Shown here: positions 31,611-32,000 of the stretch, in pieces
Position numbering within the stretch: the first letter of the stretch is position 1
How the letters are laid out: the number at the start of each line of letters is the position of its first letter
NCBI GenBank assembly: GCA_022823225.1
Contig: JAJDXM010000083.1
Location: 16,064-48,063, forward strand
Direction of reading: 5' to 3'
Source: Gemmatimonadota bacterium
Lineage (GTDB): Bacteria; Gemmatimonadota; Gemmatimonadetes; Longimicrobiales; Gaopeijiaceae
DNA: 32,000 nt
Position numbers and translations under genes: made by a program
The notes under the pieces: model-generated
The model's database searches: none
Seen by the model: the letters and a program-made list of their open reading frames with translations, nothing else
Told to the model about the DNA's origin: nothing

Positions 31611-32000
31611 ATGATCTTCCTCGACACCAGCGTCTTCATTCATCACGTCGGGCGCGGGCACCCGCTGCGGGACCGGGCGCGCGAGGTCGTGAAGGGCGCC
31701 CTGGAGCGCGATGCACGGCTCGTTACGTCGGCGGAGGTGATGCAGGAGCTGGTGCACTTCTATCGGCGCAGCCGGCGGGAGCCGGTCCTGAGGGACGCGC
31801 TCGCGCTGATGGGCGGGATCGTCGACGAGGTCTGGCCGGTCGAGCGGGAAGATGTCGAGCTGGCCTGGCAACTCGCCGGCCGCCACCCCGCGCTGGATAC
31901 CCGCGACCTGGTGCACCTCGCCTGTTGCCTCAGGCGCGAAACACGCGACGTCGTGACCTTCGACCGCGGGCTGGCCGCGGCGTGGGAGGCGCGCCGTTAG
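31611..32000 (+). CDS. vapC: PIN-domain ribonuclease toxin (VapC-like), complete; its stop is the last codon of the window
   Basis: MIFLDTSVFIHH...TSAEVMQEL...ALDTRDLVHLA...VVTFD gives the conserved acidic PIN residues. Stop TAG at 31998-32000. Confidence 0.85.
   Translation: MIFLDTSVFIHHVGRGHPLRDRAREVVKGALERDARLVTSAEVMQELVHFYRRSRREPVLRDALALMGGIVDEVWPVEREDVELAWQLAGRHPALDTRDLVHLACCLRRETRDVVTFDRGLAAAWEARR

Noticed and set aside
1-32000. Search by eye for CRISPR arrays, rRNA/tRNA genes, IS elements, integrases, phage genes or long (>30 bp) dispersed repeats.
   Set aside because: None found. The only repeats are protein-coding paralogy (the small proteins, the ABC-2 permeases, the Ig-like repeats) and short operator-scale repeats. 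A computational repeat/tRNA scan would be needed to exclude small elements definitively.

Overview
High-GC bacterial chromosomal segment, roughly two-thirds G+C by eye. The gene content (ADOP-type orphan MacB-like permease, VPS10/BNR giant protein, many exported hydrolases) suggests a Gemmatimonadota/Acidobacteriota-like organism; that is inference only. I support 27 coding regions, 1 degraded toxin-antitoxin (TA) remnant, 1 clear intrinsic terminator and a few candidate operator/promoter sites. I saw no rRNA, tRNA, CRISPR array, transposase or integrase. The many 700-1100 aa ORFs antisense to real genes are high-GC artefacts.

Layout:
- 1-0.5 kb: 3' end of a PaaK-like adenylate-forming enzyme.
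- 0.57-8.9 kb: a protease/permease block. It holds an M8 leishmanolysin-like lipoprotein plus an orphan ADOP permease on the minus strand, and a divergent DUF5117/DUF4953-type zinc metalloprotease on the plus strand. Two paralogous small exported proteins of a family I cannot name bracket the block.
- 8.9-11.3 kb: an ABC ATPase plus two tandem ABC-2 permeases.
- 11.4-11.6 kb: a decayed vapBC-like remnant.
- 11.6-16.7 kb: a TonB_C-like protein, an exported amidohydrolase, and an acyl-CoA dehydrogenase / CitE-like lyase / hot-dog hydratase operon.
- 16.8-17.4 kb: mazEF.
- 17.4-27.3 kb: exported VPS10/BNR protein, Tat-signal Rossmann protein, NHL propeller lipoprotein, alpha/beta hydrolase and a giant M14-like peptidase.
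- 27.3-28.0 kb: a phd-type antitoxin with a PIN toxin.
- 28.2-31.2 kb: a Tat-signal PLP C-S lyase and a secreted His-motif helical protein.
- 31.3-32.0 kb: an RHH antitoxin with a PIN toxin, preceded by a tandem-repeat operator.

The best candidate for something undescribed is the paralogous small-protein pair. Each copy sits tail-to-tail against an ABC-type permease gene, and together they flank two secreted metalloproteases. I propose they are protease inhibitor/immunity or transporter-accessory proteins; this is a hypothesis, not shown.
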